A DNA stretch of 64,000 nucleotides from Leptospiraceae bacterium UBA2033 (GCA_002333425.1 DDBL01000133.1:5740-69739); one strand, 5' to 3'; counted from the first letter of the stretch, positions 27,198 to 37,492 are shown. Program-made: numbers and translations. Notes: generated from the letters alone by a model not told the origin.

Positions 27198-28208
27198 TTA
27201 AGGCTTCTTTTCGGCAGCAGGAGCAGATTTTGCGCCACCAGTTGCACCACCACAATCTTTAGTTGGTTTGCCACCTTTAGCTTTTGCTTCTACTTCTTCT
27301 ACTCTTTGTTTGTTAGAACAATCTTCTTGGTCAAAGTCAATGTTCGCTCCATCAAAGTGAACATCAAATGTGTCTGCTAAAATTTTGAGTTCATCAAAGA
27401 AAAGATAGGTAACATCGCCACCAGTTTTAGGTGTAGATTTTAATTTGAATTGTTTGAAAACAAGACTTTTTGTTGCAGGATATGCTTCTACAAATTGAGG
27501 AATGTTAGCAGGAATTACTGCTGTAAGTGGTCTCCAGCCTACAAAATTCACTGAACCGAATTTTAATACGTGTGTATCGCCCTTGTAGTCTTCAAACCAA
27601 CCCTCTAGAATATAGTCAATTCCTCTTCCTAGAACCCAAACAGACATAGATTTCGTAACACCTGGTAACTCTACACCATAAATAGGTTGCATAGTTACAT
27701 TGTTTAAATCTCTTTTAGAAGGATCTTTTTTAGCTTCTTCGCTTGAGAATGCGTTATCATTGATAAACATTCTTGGACGATTGATTAAAAATTCTGGAGT
27801 TCTAGGAGGTCTGATAGTTACTTCATTATTTCCTGGAAATGTAAAATGAAATTTGAGAGCTAAGATTTGGGCATTATCTTTGTCTTTGCTCATATCAAGA
27901 TATTTTACATCTCTTGGATATCCTTTTAGTAATTTAACCTGTCTCATAGATTGAGAAGATGGCGGTAAATCCTTTTTGTATGGTTTTTTACCATAGCTAT
28001 CTGGTAATTCCGAATCTTTGTCTGTAAAAACTTCCCATTCAGTTTTGTCCCAAGTCTCAAGTGTAATGGATTTCAACTCAGCTGAGCCAAGGTCATTTCC
28101 ATTAGTTGTCTTTAAACCTTTTTTTTCTGCATAGGCAATTCCAGAAAATGCAATTACGATTGCAATTAAACCTGAAAGCATACCTACTAATTTCTTTTTG
28201 TTATTCAT
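27198..28208 (-). CDS. flaA1: Flagellar filament outer layer (sheath) protein FlaA1
   Basis: Start MNNKKK at 28208 with RBS GAGGGA and a signal peptide. Contains SVWVLGRGIDYILEGWFEDYKGDTHVLKFGSVNFVGWRPL, which is FlaA-like. It is downstream of flaA2, as recalled for L. interrogans. Confidence 0.75.
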   Translation of the reverse strand: MNNKKKLVGMLSGLIAIVIAFSGIAYAEKKGLKTTNGNDLGSAELKSITLETWDKTEWEVFTDKDSELPDSYGKKPYKKDLPPSSQSMRQVKLLKGYPRDVKYLDMSKDKDNAQILALKFHFTFPGNNEVTIRPPRTPEFLINRPRMFINDNAFSSEEAKKDPSKRDLNNVTMQPIYGVELPGVTKSMSVWVLGRGIDYILEGWFEDYKGDTHVLKFGSVNFVGWRPLTAVIPANIPQFVEAYPATKSLVFKQFKLKSTPKTGGDVTYLFFDELKILADTFDVHFDGANIDFDQEDCSNKQRVEEVEAKAKGGKPTKDCGGATGGAKSAPAAEKKP

Positions 28209-28236
28209 ATATTCCCTCATACCAAGTAAATAAATT

Positions 28237-29019
28237 CTACCAATTATCCTTGATTTCAAAACCAGGATAAATCATATCATACTTATCAGATCTTACTTCT
28301 AAATCATCTACATAGAAATAAAAATCTCCCGCTACTTCATGCACATCACTTGCAACAAACAAAGATACAAAGTGGATGTTTTTATCTAACAATGAATATC
28401 TTGTGCTTTGCGGAACATATCCTGGGATTGGAGCAGTTAGTTTTCTCCAACCGTAAAAATCTAATCTACCAAGTCTTATGTTGTGAGTATTACCTTTATA
28501 ATCTCTAAATTTTGCAAAGAGAGTATGTTTGAATTTTCTTCCAAGAACCCAAACTGAAATTTGTCTTGCTTTACCTTTTATGATGTACTCATGAGGTGGA
28601 GAAAGCTCAACTCTATCAAAACCCTTTTCTGCAAAGTATGTCTTAACGCCTAAGATGTGGTTTGCACCAATTCTATCTTTTTGGTCTTCGGCAACAGGCA
28701 CATATTCGCCTTTTTCGTTCTTCTTGTCGGGAACTGATTTTTCATCAAACACGTCTTTAATGATACCTCTTTGTATCATTTTCAGAACTTTCGTTTGACC
28801 AAGTGGAGTAGTAGATTTAGCTTTCCAGTCTTCCGATTCTTCGAAATCTTCAAGCGTAACCCTTTCCAAAGGCTCCATTGCTGCACCACCACCATTGCCA
28901 CCAGAAGACGACGCTGGCGCTGCCGGAGCTGCTGCTGTAGTTGTCTTTGCCTGTGCATAAAGTGACGGTAATCCTAGCACGACCATCAACACCATCATAA
29001 CAATATTTTTAAACTTCAT
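28237..29019 (-). CDS. flaA2: Flagellar filament outer layer (sheath) protein FlaA2
   Basis: Start MKFKNIV at 29019 with RBS AGGAAGGAG and a signal peptide. Contains SVWVLGRKFKHTLFAKFRDYKGNTHNIRLGRLDFYGWRKL. Confidence 0.75.
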   Translation of the reverse strand: MKFKNIVMMVLMVVLGLPSLYAQAKTTTAAAPAAPASSSGGNGGGAAMEPLERVTLEDFEESEDWKAKSTTPLGQTKVLKMIQRGIIKDVFDEKSVPDKKNEKGEYVPVAEDQKDRIGANHILGVKTYFAEKGFDRVELSPPHEYIIKGKARQISVWVLGRKFKHTLFAKFRDYKGNTHNIRLGRLDFYGWRKLTAPIPGYVPQSTRYSLLDKNIHFVSLFVASDVHEVAGDFYFYVDDLEVRSDKYDMIYPGFEIKDNW

Positions 29020-29086
29020 TCGAAACTCTCCTTCCTCATTTGTACGGAATAATTTAGTGCTTAAAAAGTCCATAGTCATCTATATC

Positions 29087-29299
29087 TTACTCTTTGTCAT
29101 TGGCAATTAAAGATTGAAATTTTGAAAGAATTTCTATCAATTTATCAACTCCTTCTGCCGGAACAAAGATAGAAGATTTTTTGCTATTTGACCATTCGGA
29201 AACTTTCAGATAATATCCCGCTTGATTCTTTTTCAAATCAACTAGAAAAGTTTTGTTTTGGGTCACAATCTTCTCAGTTTGGATTTCAGGATCTATCAT
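29087..29299 (-). CDS. PUR-alpha-like ssDNA/RNA-binding protein (DUF3276-like)
   Basis: A small basic protein. TFLVDLKKNQAGYYLKVSEW...SIFVPAEGV resembles a single PUR repeat. The start at MIDPEI is chosen, though the ORF extends to 29338. Confidence 0.5.
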   Translation of the reverse strand: MIDPEIQTEKIVTQNKTFLVDLKKNQAGYYLKVSEWSNSKKSSIFVPAEGVDKLIEILSKFQSLIANDKE

Positions 29300-29561
29300 T
29301 CGTTTCTTATTCTCCCAAATTGATATACTTGCTATCACTTTCTAAATCAAATTTAAGAAACAAAAAAATTTAGAAAGAAATATTTGTAAACACCTAAGCA
29401 AAATTACTAAAGTATTTAATCCCTAAAACTAAAAAGTCATCCAAAAGATTCCTTATTTAATTAAAGTGATATTTACAAGTTTATCTCTATTCTTATCGGA
29501 AATACAAGTTTAAAACTTAGTACAGGGAAGTAAATAAACTTGTATGCTTTAAAAAAAAGGT

Positions 29562-30533
29562 TTAGTTCTTAGATTTCTTCTGAATTGCTTTTTCTACAAG
29601 AGAAACTATATTTTCAGATCGCATTCCGAAATAATCTAAAAGCTCACTCCAAGTACCAGACTTTCCGAATACATCTTGCATGCCCAGTTTTAGAACTGGA
29701 ACCGGAAACTCTTCTCCTAATAATTCGCTAACAGCGGAGCCTAATCCACCTATAACGTTATGCTCTTCGCATGTAACAACAGCACCACAGATTCTGGCGT
29801 GTTTTAAAATCAACTCTTTGTCAATTGGCTTAATAGTTGCTATATTGATTAAAGTAACTGAGATTCCTTTTGTTTTTAATGTTTCTATCGCTTTTAAAGA
29901 CTCTCCGACAAGAAGTCCACAAGCTACAATTAGAACATCTTTACCCTCGGTTAATAATTCCCCTTTTCCAATTTCAAAAGAATAATTTTCTCTTTGAATT
30001 AGAGGAATGGGAGGACGACCAACGCGCACATAAACAGGTCCCTTATACTCAGCAATTTTTTTTATGACTAACATTGTCTCGTTGTAGTCCGATGGACAAA
30101 TTACAGTCATACCAGGAATGACCCGCATAATAGCAAAGTCCTCAATGATCTGGTGAGATGCTCCATCCTCTCCTAGTGTGATTCCTCCATGAGACGCTAC
30201 CAGCTTAACATTCAGATTCGGATAGGCTACACTGTTACGAACTATTTCCCAGGCACGACCTGCCAAAAACATCGCGAAAGAAGAAGCAAAAGGAATCAAG
30301 CCAGAAAGTGCCATACCTGCTGCATGACCTACTAGATTTTGTTCTGCTACTCCCATGTTAAAAAATCTATCTGGGAATTTTTTCTTAAAGACATTTGTTT
30401 TTGTTGAGCCGGATAAATCAGCGTCCAAAACAACCACTCTGGGATTTTCAGATCCCAAGAGTGCGAGTGCCTCCCCGTAGGCATCTCGTGTTGCTTTTAA
30501 TTCAGAGTTTGTATTAGTAGTTACAGCACCCAT
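29562..30533 (-). CDS. Transketolase, C-terminal subunit (pyrimidine-binding + C-terminal domains)
   Basis: 323 aa with ...[19 protein letters not shown]...[16 protein letters not shown]... Its start overlaps the metK stop (TAATG). Confidence 0.85.
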   Translation of the reverse strand: MGAVTTNTNSELKATRDAYGEALALLGSENPRVVVLDADLSGSTKTNVFKKKFPDRFFNMGVAEQNLVGHAAGMALSGLIPFASSFAMFLAGRAWEIVRNSVAYPNLNVKLVASHGGITLGEDGASHQIIEDFAIMRVIPGMTVICPSDYNETMLVIKKIAEYKGPVYVRVGRPPIPLIQRENYSFEIGKGELLTEGKDVLIVACGLLVGESLKAIETLKTKGISVTLINIATIKPIDKELILKHARICGAVVTCEEHNVIGGLGSAVSELLGEEFPVPVLKLGMQDVFGKSGTWSELLDYFGMRSENIVSLVEKAIQKKSKN

Positions 30534-31693
30534 TAGCCTTTAAGTGCCTCAGCTTTATCGGTTTTTTCCCAAGTAAATGTTTCACCTGTTCTACCGAAGT
30601 GACCGTAACTTGCAGTTTCAGAATACGTTCTGCCTTTTTCAAGAAGTTTCAGTGTTTCGATAATTCCTCTTGGTGTGAGTTTGAAATTTGCCTTTACTCG
30701 TTTAACGATGTCAGCATCAGGAATTTTTCCTGTTCCAAATGTGTCCACTAATACAGAAACAGGCTCTGCGACTCCAATAGCATAAGCAAGTTGCACTTCG
30801 CATTTTCTTGCAAGTCCTGCAGCTACTACGTTTTTCGCAATGTAACGACCCATGTAAGCTGCTGATCTATCTACTTTAGAAGGATCTTTTCCTGAGAAAG
30901 CTCCACCGCCATGTCTTCCATACCCACCGTAAGTATCTACGATGATTTTTCTTCCAGTTAAACCAGTATCACCGTGTGGTCCACCAATGATAAAAATTCC
31001 AGTCGGGTTAATGAAGTATTTTGTTTTTTTCAAGAGATTGGCAGGGATTACTTTTTTGATACATTCTTCAATAACAGCTTCTTTGATTTGTTTGTGTTTT
31101 GCTTCTGGTGTGTGTTGGGTAGAAATAACTACAGTGTCTACTGCAACTGGTTTTCCATTTTCATAGATAACGGTTACTTGTGATTTTGCGTCAGGGCGAA
31201 GAAATTTTAATTTTTTACCATGGCGTAAATCGGCGAGTTTTTTCATGAGTGCATGGGAGTATTGGATTGGCATAGGCATTAATTCTTTGGTCTCATCAAT
31301 CGCAAAACCAAACATCAAACCTTGGTCACCAGCACCTTGTTCTTTAAATAAACCCTGTCCCTCTGTCACACCTTGTGAAATATCTGGACTTTGTTTGTGG
31401 ATATGAGTTTGAACTACTGCAAACTCAGCGTCAAATCCCATAGCTATATCGTTATAACCGATTTTGTTGATTACGCTTCTTGCAATTTCTTGGGCATCAA
31501 TCTTTCCGGCACTTGTAATTTCGCCAGCAACTACTACTAAATTGGTAGTTACGAGAGTTTCACAAGCAACTCTCGATTTTGGATCCTGAGCTAAAAAGGC
31601 ATCTAGAATAGCATCAGAAATTTGATCACATACTTTATCTGGGTGGCCCTCAGAAACGGACTCGGAGGTAAATATAAAATCATTCAAAGACAT
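30533..31693 (-). CDS. metK: S-adenosylmethionine synthase
   Basis: Contains [30 protein letters not shown] and DTYGG. Confidence 0.97.
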   Translation of the reverse strand: MSLNDFIFTSESVSEGHPDKVCDQISDAILDAFLAQDPKSRVACETLVTTNLVVVAGEITSAGKIDAQEIARSVINKIGYNDIAMGFDAEFAVVQTHIHKQSPDISQGVTEGQGLFKEQGAGDQGLMFGFAIDETKELMPMPIQYSHALMKKLADLRHGKKLKFLRPDAKSQVTVIYENGKPVAVDTVVISTQHTPEAKHKQIKEAVIEECIKKVIPANLLKKTKYFINPTGIFIIGGPHGDTGLTGRKIIVDTYGGYGRHGGGAFSGKDPSKVDRSAAYMGRYIAKNVVAAGLARKCEVQLAYAIGVAEPVSVLVDTFGTGKIPDADIVKRVKANFKLTPRGIIETLKLLEKGRTYSETASYGHFGRTGETFTWEKTDKAEALKG

Positions 31694-31919
31694 TGGTTAT
31701 TTTTCCTGTAGTGTTATTATTTTTCTAACCCAAAAATTATAAAACGAGTAATCTTTATCTTCTAAATTATGGGCTATAGACTACAAATTGTTTGATATTT
31801 GTTTCGTCAATGAGGTTTATTGCCATACCGTTTCCACGCTTACCCTTACGAACTGACGTTTTTTAAATAAATTGCATAAGTTTTCTCAAAAAATAATTTC
31901 AATTAAACTGATAAAAAAA

Positions 31920-33452
31920 ATGATTTCATCAGCAATGCCAAATCTAAATTTTTCCACCTACAACCAAACTCGAATCCGCGAAACAAATCAAAAACCAATT
32001 TTAGAAAATAAAACTTATGTTCTCTACTGGATGCAAGCCTACAGGAGATTTGAATCGAACCATGCACTTGATTACGCGATACATCTTTCGCAAAATTTAG
32101 GGAAAGAACTGGTAGTCTACGAAGGATTACGAAGTGATTATAAATGGAACTCTAAACGAATTCACAAATTTATATTAGAAGGAATATGCGATAACCGCCA
32201 TACTTCTGAAAAATTAGGAATCAATTACTGGGCATATGTGGAAACTCCTGATAATCCGTCAAAAGGACTTTTGAAAAAAGTTTGCGAGAAAGCCTGTGTT
32301 GTGGTTACGGATGATTTTCCAACTTTCATTATTCCTGAACATATTGAAAAATTATCAGAGAAAATAGATTGTAAACTAGTTGCCGTTGATTCCAATTCCA
32401 TTATTCCAATTGCGCTTTACGGAGAACACGCATCTGCCGCTCGTGTATTACGTCCTCGTATTCATAAACTATTTGCTGAAAGTTATATTCATCGCGCAAA
32501 AGAAAAGATTTCTAAGAAAGATTTGTTTCCAGTGGATAAACCATCTAAGCCCCCGTTTAAAGAATTCAAAGCCGAAAAATCAGAAATCGACAAAGTTCTA
32601 TCTAAAATTTCTTTTGCAAATGAAATTGAGCCAGTTTCTGATATGATAGGAGGAACCAAGGAAGCGTTAAGGAAGTTAGATTATTTTATTGAAAACAATT
32701 TGAATCTTTATGGAGATAATCGCTCTAATCCGCACTCACCCAAACTCACTCCTGCAAGTGGCATGTCGCCTTATTTACATTTTGGACATATCAGTGTGGA
32801 AACCATTGTTACTCGATGTCTAAATGCAAACTCGAAAGAAATCTGGGCACCTGATAAATTAAATATGGACGCAAAAGGAGACAAAGATTTATTTTTCGGA
32901 AAAAATCTAAGTCTCAATTCCTACTTTGATGAACTTCTGACTTGGCGCGACATAGGATATTTACTTTTCTGGCGCAAAAAAGAATTTCACAAAGATTTGT
33001 CTATACTTCCCGACTGGATTCAAAAAATTCTGACAAAACATTCTAAGGATAAACGGGAGTATCTTTACACCAAAAAAGAATTTGAAGCGGCAAAGACCCA
33101 TGATCCGCTTTGGAACGCTGCGCAAAAGGAGTTAGTCATTACCGGCAGAATGCATAATTATATGCGAATGCTCTGGGGAAAAAAAGTAATCGAGTGGTCT
33201 AAGACTTACAAAGAAGCTTTTGAAATATTGGAAGAGTTTAATAACAAGTATGCGTATGATGGACGAAATCCAAATTCCTATACTGGAATTCTCTGGTGTT
33301 TTGGTTTATTTGACAGACCTTGGTTTCCTGAGCGAAATGTTCATGGAAATTTACGCTACATGTCTTCAGACTCTACAAAAAAGAAATTTAAGATGAGCGA
33401 ATACTTAGAGTATGTCGCAAAATTAGAAAATAAACAAGAAAGTTTGTTTTAG
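31920..33452 (+). CDS. phr: Deoxyribodipyrimidine photolyase, class II
   Basis: Contains SGMSPYLHFGHIS, RMLWGKKVIEWS and YDGRNPNSYTGILWCFG. ATG 31920 is preferred over the TTG at 31872. Confidence 0.8.
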   Translation: MISSAMPNLNFSTYNQTRIRETNQKPILENKTYVLYWMQAYRRFESNHALDYAIHLSQNLGKELVVYEGLRSDYKWNSKRIHKFILEGICDNRHTSEKLGINYWAYVETPDNPSKGLLKKVCEKACVVVTDDFPTFIIPEHIEKLSEKIDCKLVAVDSNSIIPIALYGEHASAARVLRPRIHKLFAESYIHRAKEKISKKDLFPVDKPSKPPFKEFKAEKSEIDKVLSKISFANEIEPVSDMIGGTKEALRKLDYFIENNLNLYGDNRSNPHSPKLTPASGMSPYLHFGHISVETIVTRCLNANSKEIWAPDKLNMDAKGDKDLFFGKNLSLNSYFDELLTWRDIGYLLFWRKKEFHKDLSILPDWIQKILTKHSKDKREYLYTKKEFEAAKTHDPLWNAAQKELVITGRMHNYMRMLWGKKVIEWSKTYKEAFEILEEFNNKYAYDGRNPNSYTGILWCFGLFDRPWFPERNVHGNLRYMSSDSTKKKFKMSEYLEYVAKLENKQESLF

Positions 33453-35107
33453 GTTTTTGAGAAAATGGAAGGCATTTGTTTGGGCGGAATTGTAATTGTG
33501 AATGTACTTCCCTTTCCGACTTCGCTTGTCAGGTTGATAGAAAATCCGTGCAAATCTAAAATACTTTTTACAATTGATAATCCAAGTCCGGTTCCTTTGG
33601 TTTTAATTGTAAAGTTATTTCGAATTTGTTCGAATGGTTCAAAAACACGTCCAAGCTCTGAATCTGGAATTCCAATTCCAGTATCCCAACAAGTTAAAAT
33701 TGTATTATCCGCTTGTTTAAAAATTTTAAATCCAACTTTTTTTCCTGCAGGAGTAAATTTTAAAGCGTTACTAATTAAATTAATTAATACTTGTTTGATT
33801 CTTGTTCTGTCTGCAAAAATGGAAAACTTATTTGCCTTGTTGATTTCTAAGTCAATGGTTATACCTTTTTCATTCGCAATTGCTTCTTGTGCATTAACAA
33901 CTTCTTCCATGAGTTGACCAAGATCAAAATCTTCTTTTTCAATTACAACTCTTCCTACTTCTATTTTAGAAAAATCCAAAATCGTATTCACTAAGGCTAA
34001 TAAGTGATTACCGCTTTCATAAATATAGGAAATAAATTTACTTTGTTTTTCGTTTAATTTACCAATTTGTTCCATTTCAAGCAACTGACAGTAACCCAAA
34101 ATTGAGTTAAGTGGTGTGTTAAATTCGTGTGTAATATTTGCTAAAAATTGAGATTTAGATTTGTTTGCTTGTTCTGCTTGGTCAAATGCTGTAAGTAGTT
34201 TTTGATTTACTTTTTCTATTTCTTCGGCGTACAAACGTAATTTATCTGCGGCTATTTTTCGATTGGTGATGTCATTTCTAATACCCTGAAATAAAAATGG
34301 AAGTTTGTCTTTGTAAATTATTGTAATATCTTCTTCCAACCAAATTAACTCTCCATCTTTTCGAAAAAACCTATACTCAATTAAAAAACTTTTTTTACCA
34401 GAAGGTGGAAAATTAAATTTGTTTATTGTTATATCTTTATCCTCGGGGTGAATACGGCTTATCCACAATTCATAGTTAAATTCTTCTTGAGAAAAGTGAG
34501 TAATTTTCGCAATTTGCGGACTATGAAACAAAAACTCTCGGTTGTTATCCGTTGTCATAATATAAATTGCACCGGACATATGTTCTATCAGATTCTTATA
34601 TTTAATTTCTTCAAAAAGAAGGTTTTTTTCAAGTTCTAAAGTTTTTTCTTCTAAGAATTTATCATTGTAAAAAGATCCTAATGCTTCTTCTACAGAGGAT
34701 AATAACTCTTCATTGCTCCATGGCTTTGTAATATAACGATAGAGATTAGCATTATTAACCGCATTGGTTATGCTTGTAGTTGAGGCTTGACCTGTTAAAA
34801 GAATTTTTCTTGTTTCTGGATTTGTTTTATGAATTTGAATCAGTAGATCATCACCACTCATCGTTGGCATCAACCGATCACAAATCACAACAGGAATATC
34901 TATGTTTTCTGCATTACAGTTTTTTACAATTTCAAGAGCTGACTCAGCAGAATCTACTGCCTCGATTAGAAAATTTTTACCGTATTTTTTTTTGAGCTGT
35001 TGACCTAGAGATGATAAAATAATCAATTCATCATCAACGCACAGTATTACCGGTTTCCCGCTCACACTGGATAATTTAAGTTTATTTACTAAATCTAGAG
35101 ATAACAT
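33449..35107 (-). CDS. Hybrid sensor histidine kinase (REC-PAS-HisKA-HATPase)
   Basis: The REC domain shows ILCVDDE...ICDRLMPTMSG. The H-box is ITHEFNTPLN and the G-boxes are DTGIGI and GTGLGLSI. The start is uncertain (35107 or 35167). Confidence 0.85.
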   Translation of the reverse strand: MLSLDLVNKLKLSSVSGKPVILCVDDELIILSSLGQQLKKKYGKNFLIEAVDSAESALEIVKNCNAENIDIPVVICDRLMPTMSGDDLLIQIHKTNPETRKILLTGQASTTSITNAVNNANLYRYITKPWSNEELLSSVEEALGSFYNDKFLEEKTLELEKNLLFEEIKYKNLIEHMSGAIYIMTTDNNREFLFHSPQIAKITHFSQEEFNYELWISRIHPEDKDITINKFNFPPSGKKSFLIEYRFFRKDGELIWLEEDITIIYKDKLPFLFQGIRNDITNRKIAADKLRLYAEEIEKVNQKLLTAFDQAEQANKSKSQFLANITHEFNTPLNSILGYCQLLEMEQIGKLNEKQSKFISYIYESGNHLLALVNTILDFSKIEVGRVVIEKEDFDLGQLMEEVVNAQEAIANEKGITIDLEINKANKFSIFADRTRIKQVLINLISNALKFTPAGKKVGFKIFKQADNTILTCWDTGIGIPDSELGRVFEPFEQIRNNFTIKTKGTGLGLSIVKSILDLHGFSINLTSEVGKGSTFTITIPPKQMPSIFSKT

Positions 35108-35168
35108 ATAGCTGCCTTTACTTTGATAACTTTTATTTCGGATTGTCAGAGTGCAAGTCTTTACCAAA

Positions 35169-36230
35169 ATGACTCGTATGAAAGAGAGAATAATTTATAT
35201 TCGAGGACTAGGAGTGATTGGCTGGCCTCTAGCTGGACTATTACTTTCTTTAAAAAATTTACTTCCTGATTTAAAAATTACGATTGAGCCATATAAAATC
35301 AGCACGGAAAATATTTATCATATAGAACATCTTTCGCGTTTGGGAGCAATTCTTGTAGAAACTGAGGAAAATAGGGTGTCTCGTTGGACTCAGTTTCCTT
35401 TAGTAGTTTCCGAATTTCAAATTAGAAAATCTTGTGAAATTGTTTTAGATTGTTCTCCTTCTGGAGTTGCGGAAAAAAGAATTACTGAATATACAAAAGA
35501 AAATTATCCAAATTGTAAGGCATTCATCGCACAAGGAAGCGAACACAAATTCGGCAAACAGCTATTATTCCCTGATAATACAAGCATTATTGAAAATACG
35601 CAGGATAGATACTTCCATATAAGCACTTGTAATACACATACATTATCCGCAATCCTCAGAATATTTAATTCTATTCCTGTAAAAATTTCTAATGTGGATT
35701 TTGTGATTATCCGCCGCGATGCAGATATGGCAAAAAATGATCCTCATGTGACAGGACCACTTTTTCAATTTCCTGAAGGAATTCATGGAACTCACCATGC
35801 AAGACTTTTAAATGAACTCTATGCAACGGTAAATCGATCTTATGCGGTTACATCGAGTGCGATGACGGTTAACTCTCCTTATATGCATATCACTCGATTT
35901 CGTTTGGAATTAGAAAACGAAATTTCCCGAGAAGAAATTTTAAAATCTATCAACAATGATCCGTTACTTTCCCTTACAAGTCAAATTTCATCTAATATAA
36001 TTTTTTCCTCCGGTCGAGAGCGTGGAGAGTTTGGACGAATTTATTCCCATGCAGTCTTTGTGGCTCCAAGTCTTGAGGTTAATGGTAATATTGTGCGTGG
36101 GATTGCTGCAACGCCAGGGGACTCGAATGTTTTGATTTCTACGATTTACTCTACGCTTAAAATTTTAGGTCATGAGAGGATAAATGATGTTATGCTCGAT
36201 TTATATAAAAAGGTATTGAAGAATATTTAA
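35169..36230 (+). CDS. Type II (archaeal-type) GAPDH-like NAD(P)-dependent dehydrogenase
   Basis: Shows VLDCSPSGV, IAQGSEHK, the catalytic-like ISTCNTH, VIIRRDAD, GTHHA and SPYMHITRF in the order expected for type II GAPDH. The N-terminal dinucleotide loop is atypical (GLGVIGWP). Confidence 0.5.
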   Translation: MTRMKERIIYIRGLGVIGWPLAGLLLSLKNLLPDLKITIEPYKISTENIYHIEHLSRLGAILVETEENRVSRWTQFPLVVSEFQIRKSCEIVLDCSPSGVAEKRITEYTKENYPNCKAFIAQGSEHKFGKQLLFPDNTSIIENTQDRYFHISTCNTHTLSAILRIFNSIPVKISNVDFVIIRRDADMAKNDPHVTGPLFQFPEGIHGTHHARLLNELYATVNRSYAVTSSAMTVNSPYMHITRFRLELENEISREEILKSINNDPLLSLTSQISSNIIFSSGRERGEFGRIYSHAVFVAPSLEVNGNIVRGIAATPGDSNVLISTIYSTLKILGHERINDVMLDLYKKVLKNI

Positions 36231-36231
36231 T

Positions 36232-36312
36232 GGGGCGATTCGGCGAACTCTATTGTAATAAAGACGCACAGCCATGCGTCTCTACAGCATTCCACAAAAC
36301 GCCGACCGCGCT
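36232..36312 (+). repeat. GC-clamped extended hairpin element, copy 3 (degenerate)
   Basis: Layout is GGGGCGATTCGGCG, then the hairpin AGACGCA/TGCGTCT, then CGCCGACCGCGCT. It begins 2 nt after the upstream stop. Confidence 0.6.
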
Positions 36313-36493
36313 TTTGTTCCAATGCCGGATTTTTCGGATTTGGAACACCTTATCATTTTAATGTGAAACTCTTTACAACTAACGGCATTTCCACGACAAT
36401 CGCTATCGCTACGAGTAGAAATATTTTGCTGTTGACGATTAAATTGGAATAGAAAAAATAAAACTTAAATCACACCCTTGTTAAAATAATTTT

Positions 36494-36794
36494 ATGAAAA
36501 TAAGACCACTAAAAAAAAACTGAACTGAAAGATCTAAGTTCAAGTCATGCAGATGAGGTAAACTCCGTATACTTAACATTACTGCTTTCTGATTTTCAAT
36601 TTGATCCAGAGGAAGTAACCTCTAAGTTAAAAATACTTCCAACGGACTCATTTTCTAAATCAGAAAATCAAATGCTAGATACTAAACGAAAGAGATTTGA
36701 AAATAATTTCTGGGAGTATGAAGAAAAACATTTTAATATTTATTGCCTTTATGATGAAAAAATGAAAACTAATAAAATTCCTCTTAACTCCTAA
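36494..36794 (+). pseudogene. DUF4279-like gene disrupted by +1 frameshift in an A9 tract
   Basis: ATG 36494 reads MKIRPLKKN then a stop. Removing one A from the run at 36511-36519 restores a 99-aa ORF, ...VYLTLLLSDFQFDPEEVTSKLKILPTDSF... The span length is 301 nt, i.e. 3n+1. Confidence 0.5.
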
Positions 36795-36848
36795 AAACAT
36801 AGACTTCGTTCATTGTGTAAAATAAATCATTGAGAATCCTTTTTATTC

Positions 36849-36877
36849 TTGACATGTATCCAATATATGGCTACAGT
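36849..36877 (+). promoter_or_regulatory. Sigma70-type promoter of the toxin-antitoxin operon
   Basis: TTGACA (36849-36854), a 17-nt spacer and TACAGT (36872-36877). The ATG lies only 5 nt downstream, so the transcript is near-leaderless. Confidence 0.55.
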
Positions 36878-36882
36878 AATTT

Positions 36883-37146
36883 ATGCCTTTTAAGGTCATT
36901 GTCAAAAAAGAAAAGAAGGTATTTGAAAAACTACCTTTGCATATCAGGAAAGCTTTGTTGATTCTGATTGACGAATTAATTGAAGAGGGACCAATTCAAG
37001 CTGAATGGTATAATTTTAGCGAATTGGGTAAAGACAAATACCATTGTCACCTAGCAAGAAGCTGGGTTGCATGTTGGGAAAACAAAAAAGATTCACTTTT
37101 AATCGAGGTTTACTATGCAGGCAGTCGTGAAAGCGCACCATATTGA
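36883..37146 (+). CDS. RelE/ParE-superfamily type II toxin (HigB-like gene order)
   Basis: 87 aa. The C-terminus ...YHCHLARSWVACWENKKDSLLIEVYYAGSRESAPY fits the RelE-fold pattern. It overlaps the downstream HTH gene. Confidence 0.6.
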   Translation: MPFKVIVKKEKKVFEKLPLHIRKALLILIDELIEEGPIQAEWYNFSELGKDKYHCHLARSWVACWENKKDSLLIEVYYAGSRESAPY

Positions 37147-37486
37147 AATAAAGGCTAAGGGTAATATTCCGCCAAAGGTTATAAAATTCTTTAAAGATAC
37201 TTATGGTTCTGAGTTTATAATTATTAGTGATTCCGATAAATCAGAATTTATAGATATTACTGAATCAGAAGGTTATAAAAAAATTAAAAAAGCAATAACA
37301 CCCGGCGATTATTTAAGAACATATAGGGATAATGCACAGTTGTCGCAAGCTAAATTAGGGAATATGCTAGAAGGTTTTTCTAGACAAAATATTTCCGAAA
37401 TGGAAAAAGGAAAAAGAGGAATTAGTAAAGAAACCGCTAAGAAACTTGCAAAGATTTTCAATAAACCAGTAGAAAAGTTTTTATAG
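37115..37486 (+). CDS. XRE-family HTH antitoxin (HigA-like)
   Basis: The C-terminal region is an HTH_XRE: LSQAKLGNMLEGFSRQNISEMEKGKRGISKETAKKLAKIF. Confidence 0.7.
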   Translation: MQAVVKAHHIEIKAKGNIPPKVIKFFKDTYGSEFIIISDSDKSEFIDITESEGYKKIKKAITPGDYLRTYRDNAQLSQAKLGNMLEGFSRQNISEMEKGKRGISKETAKKLAKIFNKPVEKFL

Positions 37487-37492
37487 TAAAAG

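Noticed and set aside
31694-31871. A possible SAM riboswitch in the metK leader.
   Set aside because: I could not find the conserved SAM-I, SAM-II or SAM-V core motifs or the expected helices by eye on the minus strand. An Rfam scan would be needed to exclude one.
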